A stretch of DNA of 26,161 nt from a virus (Duplodnaviria; Caudoviricetes). A program made the translations under genes and the position numbers. Every line of letters starts with the position of its first letter. The stretch's first letter is position 1. Below, in pieces: positions 25,226 through 26,161 of this stretch. Under the pieces are notes generated by a model. It ran no database searches and was not told the origin of the DNA. It saw nothing but the letters and a program-made list of their open reading frames with translations. The stretch is from IMG/VR virus record IMGVR_UViG_3300011435_000036, positions 1 through 26,161 of that record. One strand, given 5' to 3'.

Positions 25226-25495
25226 TTACCCCCTGTCTTTCTTGTCAAGAATATACTCTGTTAAATCGCTAGAAAAGATTATCTGGGGCCTTCGGTCGTC
25301 TTTACGCTTACGGTCAGCAAGCATCCAATGAGCGAGCATGTAAGCATATCTCCTGGTTATATGCTCGGGGTTAGCTTCTAAAAGCTTAACAAGCATGTCC
25401 TGTAAGAAATCTTGCATGTCATCCTTCGACCATCTCTGTCGTCGGCCAATCTCCGTTACTAGAGATTCCACAAGCTTATATTCTTTGTCTGTCAC
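25226..25495 (-). CDS. Stand-alone ECF sigma region-2-like protein
   Basis: DDMQDFLQDMLVKLLE...YAYMLAHWMLADRKRK. Confidence 0.5.
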   Translation of the reverse strand: MTDKEYKLVESLVTEIGRRQRWSKDDMQDFLQDMLVKLLEANPEHITRRYAYMLAHWMLADRKRKDDRRPQIIFSSDLTEYILDKKDRG

Positions 25496-25517
25496 AAGGT
25501 TTCATCCTTAACCCCAT

Positions 25518-25754
25518 CTAGTGTACTGCGGCAACTTTCTGATATTCAGAACTTAAACATGATCTTATATCTGTCAAGAGTTTGTCGAATAATATAGCTT
25601 CGTCCATCTTAGCTACACTATCCTTAAAACTACCTTCTGTTAGCTCTTTCAGAGCTGTTAGTGTAATCGCGTCACTTTCTTTTTGTAGATAGGCCACAAC
25701 TATCTGAAAAGCTTGAAGAATTTCCTGTCTATCGTCCTGTTCTAGTTTTAGCAT
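25518..25754 (-). CDS. Hypothetical protein (first gene after att/int)
   Basis: ATG 25754 after AGGGGGA RBS. Confidence 0.6.
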   Translation of the reverse strand: MLKLEQDDRQEILQAFQIVVAYLQKESDAITLTALKELTEGSFKDSVAKMDEAILFDKLLTDIRSCLSSEYQKVAAVH

Positions 25755-25777
25755 TATTCCCCCCTGGTGTGTGCTGG

Positions 25778-26161
25778 TTATTTCCAAAAGCGCCGGATAA
25801 ATCGCCCTACACCTACTAGAATCCCTTCTGATTCTAGGGGCTTAGGAGCGTCTACTTGACTCGAAATCAGGTAATCGCTAACGCGGTTCGCGGGTTCAAA
25901 TCCCGCCCTCTCCGCCATTTCAGTAGCTTTTTTTGTCTGGTCGCGCAACTGTTTTTCTTGCGTAGAAATCTCAGTAGTTGCTTTAGAAGGTTCCTCCTGT
26001 TCTCTCGGTTCTAAGTATTCCTCAACTTTCCTAACTGCTAGGCGTAGCCGCTCTATGCTATGTTGGTTGTAATTCTCATAGACCTTGCTAGTAGTGTGCC
26101 CGGTGATCTTCATGCCAGTAGACTGCTCCACTCCGGCCCTATCTAGGTTAGTAGTGCAGCT
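25778..26161 (-). CDS. int: Tyrosine recombinase/integrase, C-terminal part (5' truncated by the window)
   Basis: Frame open to the window edge: SCTTNLDRAGVEQSTGMKITGHTTSKVYENY (box II GH...Y catalytic Tyr); ORF continues through the att site. Confidence 0.88.
   Translation of the reverse strand, partial: SCTTNLDRAGVEQSTGMKITGHTTSKVYENYNQHSIERLRLAVRKVEEYLEPREQEEPSKATTEISTQEKQLRDQTKKATEMAERAGFEPANRVSDYLISSQVDAPKPLESEGILVGVGRFIRRFWK
25816..25837. repeat. Perfect 8-bp inverted repeat next to the att core
   Basis: CTAGAATC-ccttct-GATTCTAG. Confidence 0.7.
25855..25917 (+). other. attP: 3' portion of tRNA-Ser(CGA) (not a complete tRNA)
   Basis: Anticodon arm CTTGA-CTCGAAA-TCAGG, long variable arm AATCGC-TAAC-GCGGTT, T arm GCGGG-TTCAAAT-CCCGC, acceptor 3' strand CCTCTCC-G-CCA; no D arm and no GGAGAGG 5' strand. 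Confidence 0.88.

Larger units (their letters stand above)
1..26161. mobile_element. Temperate podovirus-like bacteriophage genome segment (probably excised/attP form)
   Basis: Continuous phage-type genes in two convergent arms; no host housekeeping genes; integrase and tRNA 3' fragment with phage DNA on both sides; no tape-measure gene in the window; adaptor-nozzle-GNAT-internal protein order typical of short-tailed phages. Confidence 0.92.

Noticed and set aside
25225-25580. TTGACA hexamers on the minus strand near 25245 and 25575 as promoters
   Set aside because: Both lie within coding sequence and lack a convincing -10 at proper spacing
25845-25917. Complete or D-armless functional tRNA-Ser(CGA), using GGAGCGT at 25845 as the 5' acceptor strand
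   Set aside because: Only 5 of 7 acceptor pairs form and there is no D arm; position within an integrase gene fits an attP fragment much better

Overview
About 26 kb from a temperate, podovirus-like (short-tailed) bacteriophage, most likely in its free (non-integrated) state, arranged as two convergent gene-dense arms. The + arm (1-13327) is late/virion: fibre or decoration proteins, SLT lysin plus a holin-like gene, head-tail adaptor, fibre and LamG receptor-binding proteins, tail nozzle, GNAT and a series of internal (ejection) proteins. The - arm (26161-13411) is early/replication: the C-terminus of a tyrosine integrase, two sigma-70-like proteins, TOPRIM primase, a split UDG-like domain plus family A polymerase (Leu762 type), SSB-like protein, PD-(D/E)XK exonuclease, RNA ligase, DnaB-like helicase, RuvC, metallophosphoesterase, NDT-like and DUF5664 nucleotide enzymes, and a secreted FN3 protein. 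The arms meet at a 20-bp hairpin. Most notable: (1) an apparently split tail nozzle whose ~50-aa N-terminal segment exists as two charge-complementary paralogous copies fused to different appendage domains; (2) an attP (3' part of tRNA-Ser(CGA)) inside the integrase ORF, directly upstream of the early operon; (3) an uncalled 39-aa membrane peptide antisense to the last ejection gene; (4) strong CTAG enrichment. All product calls come from motif recognition by eye; no database searches were run.
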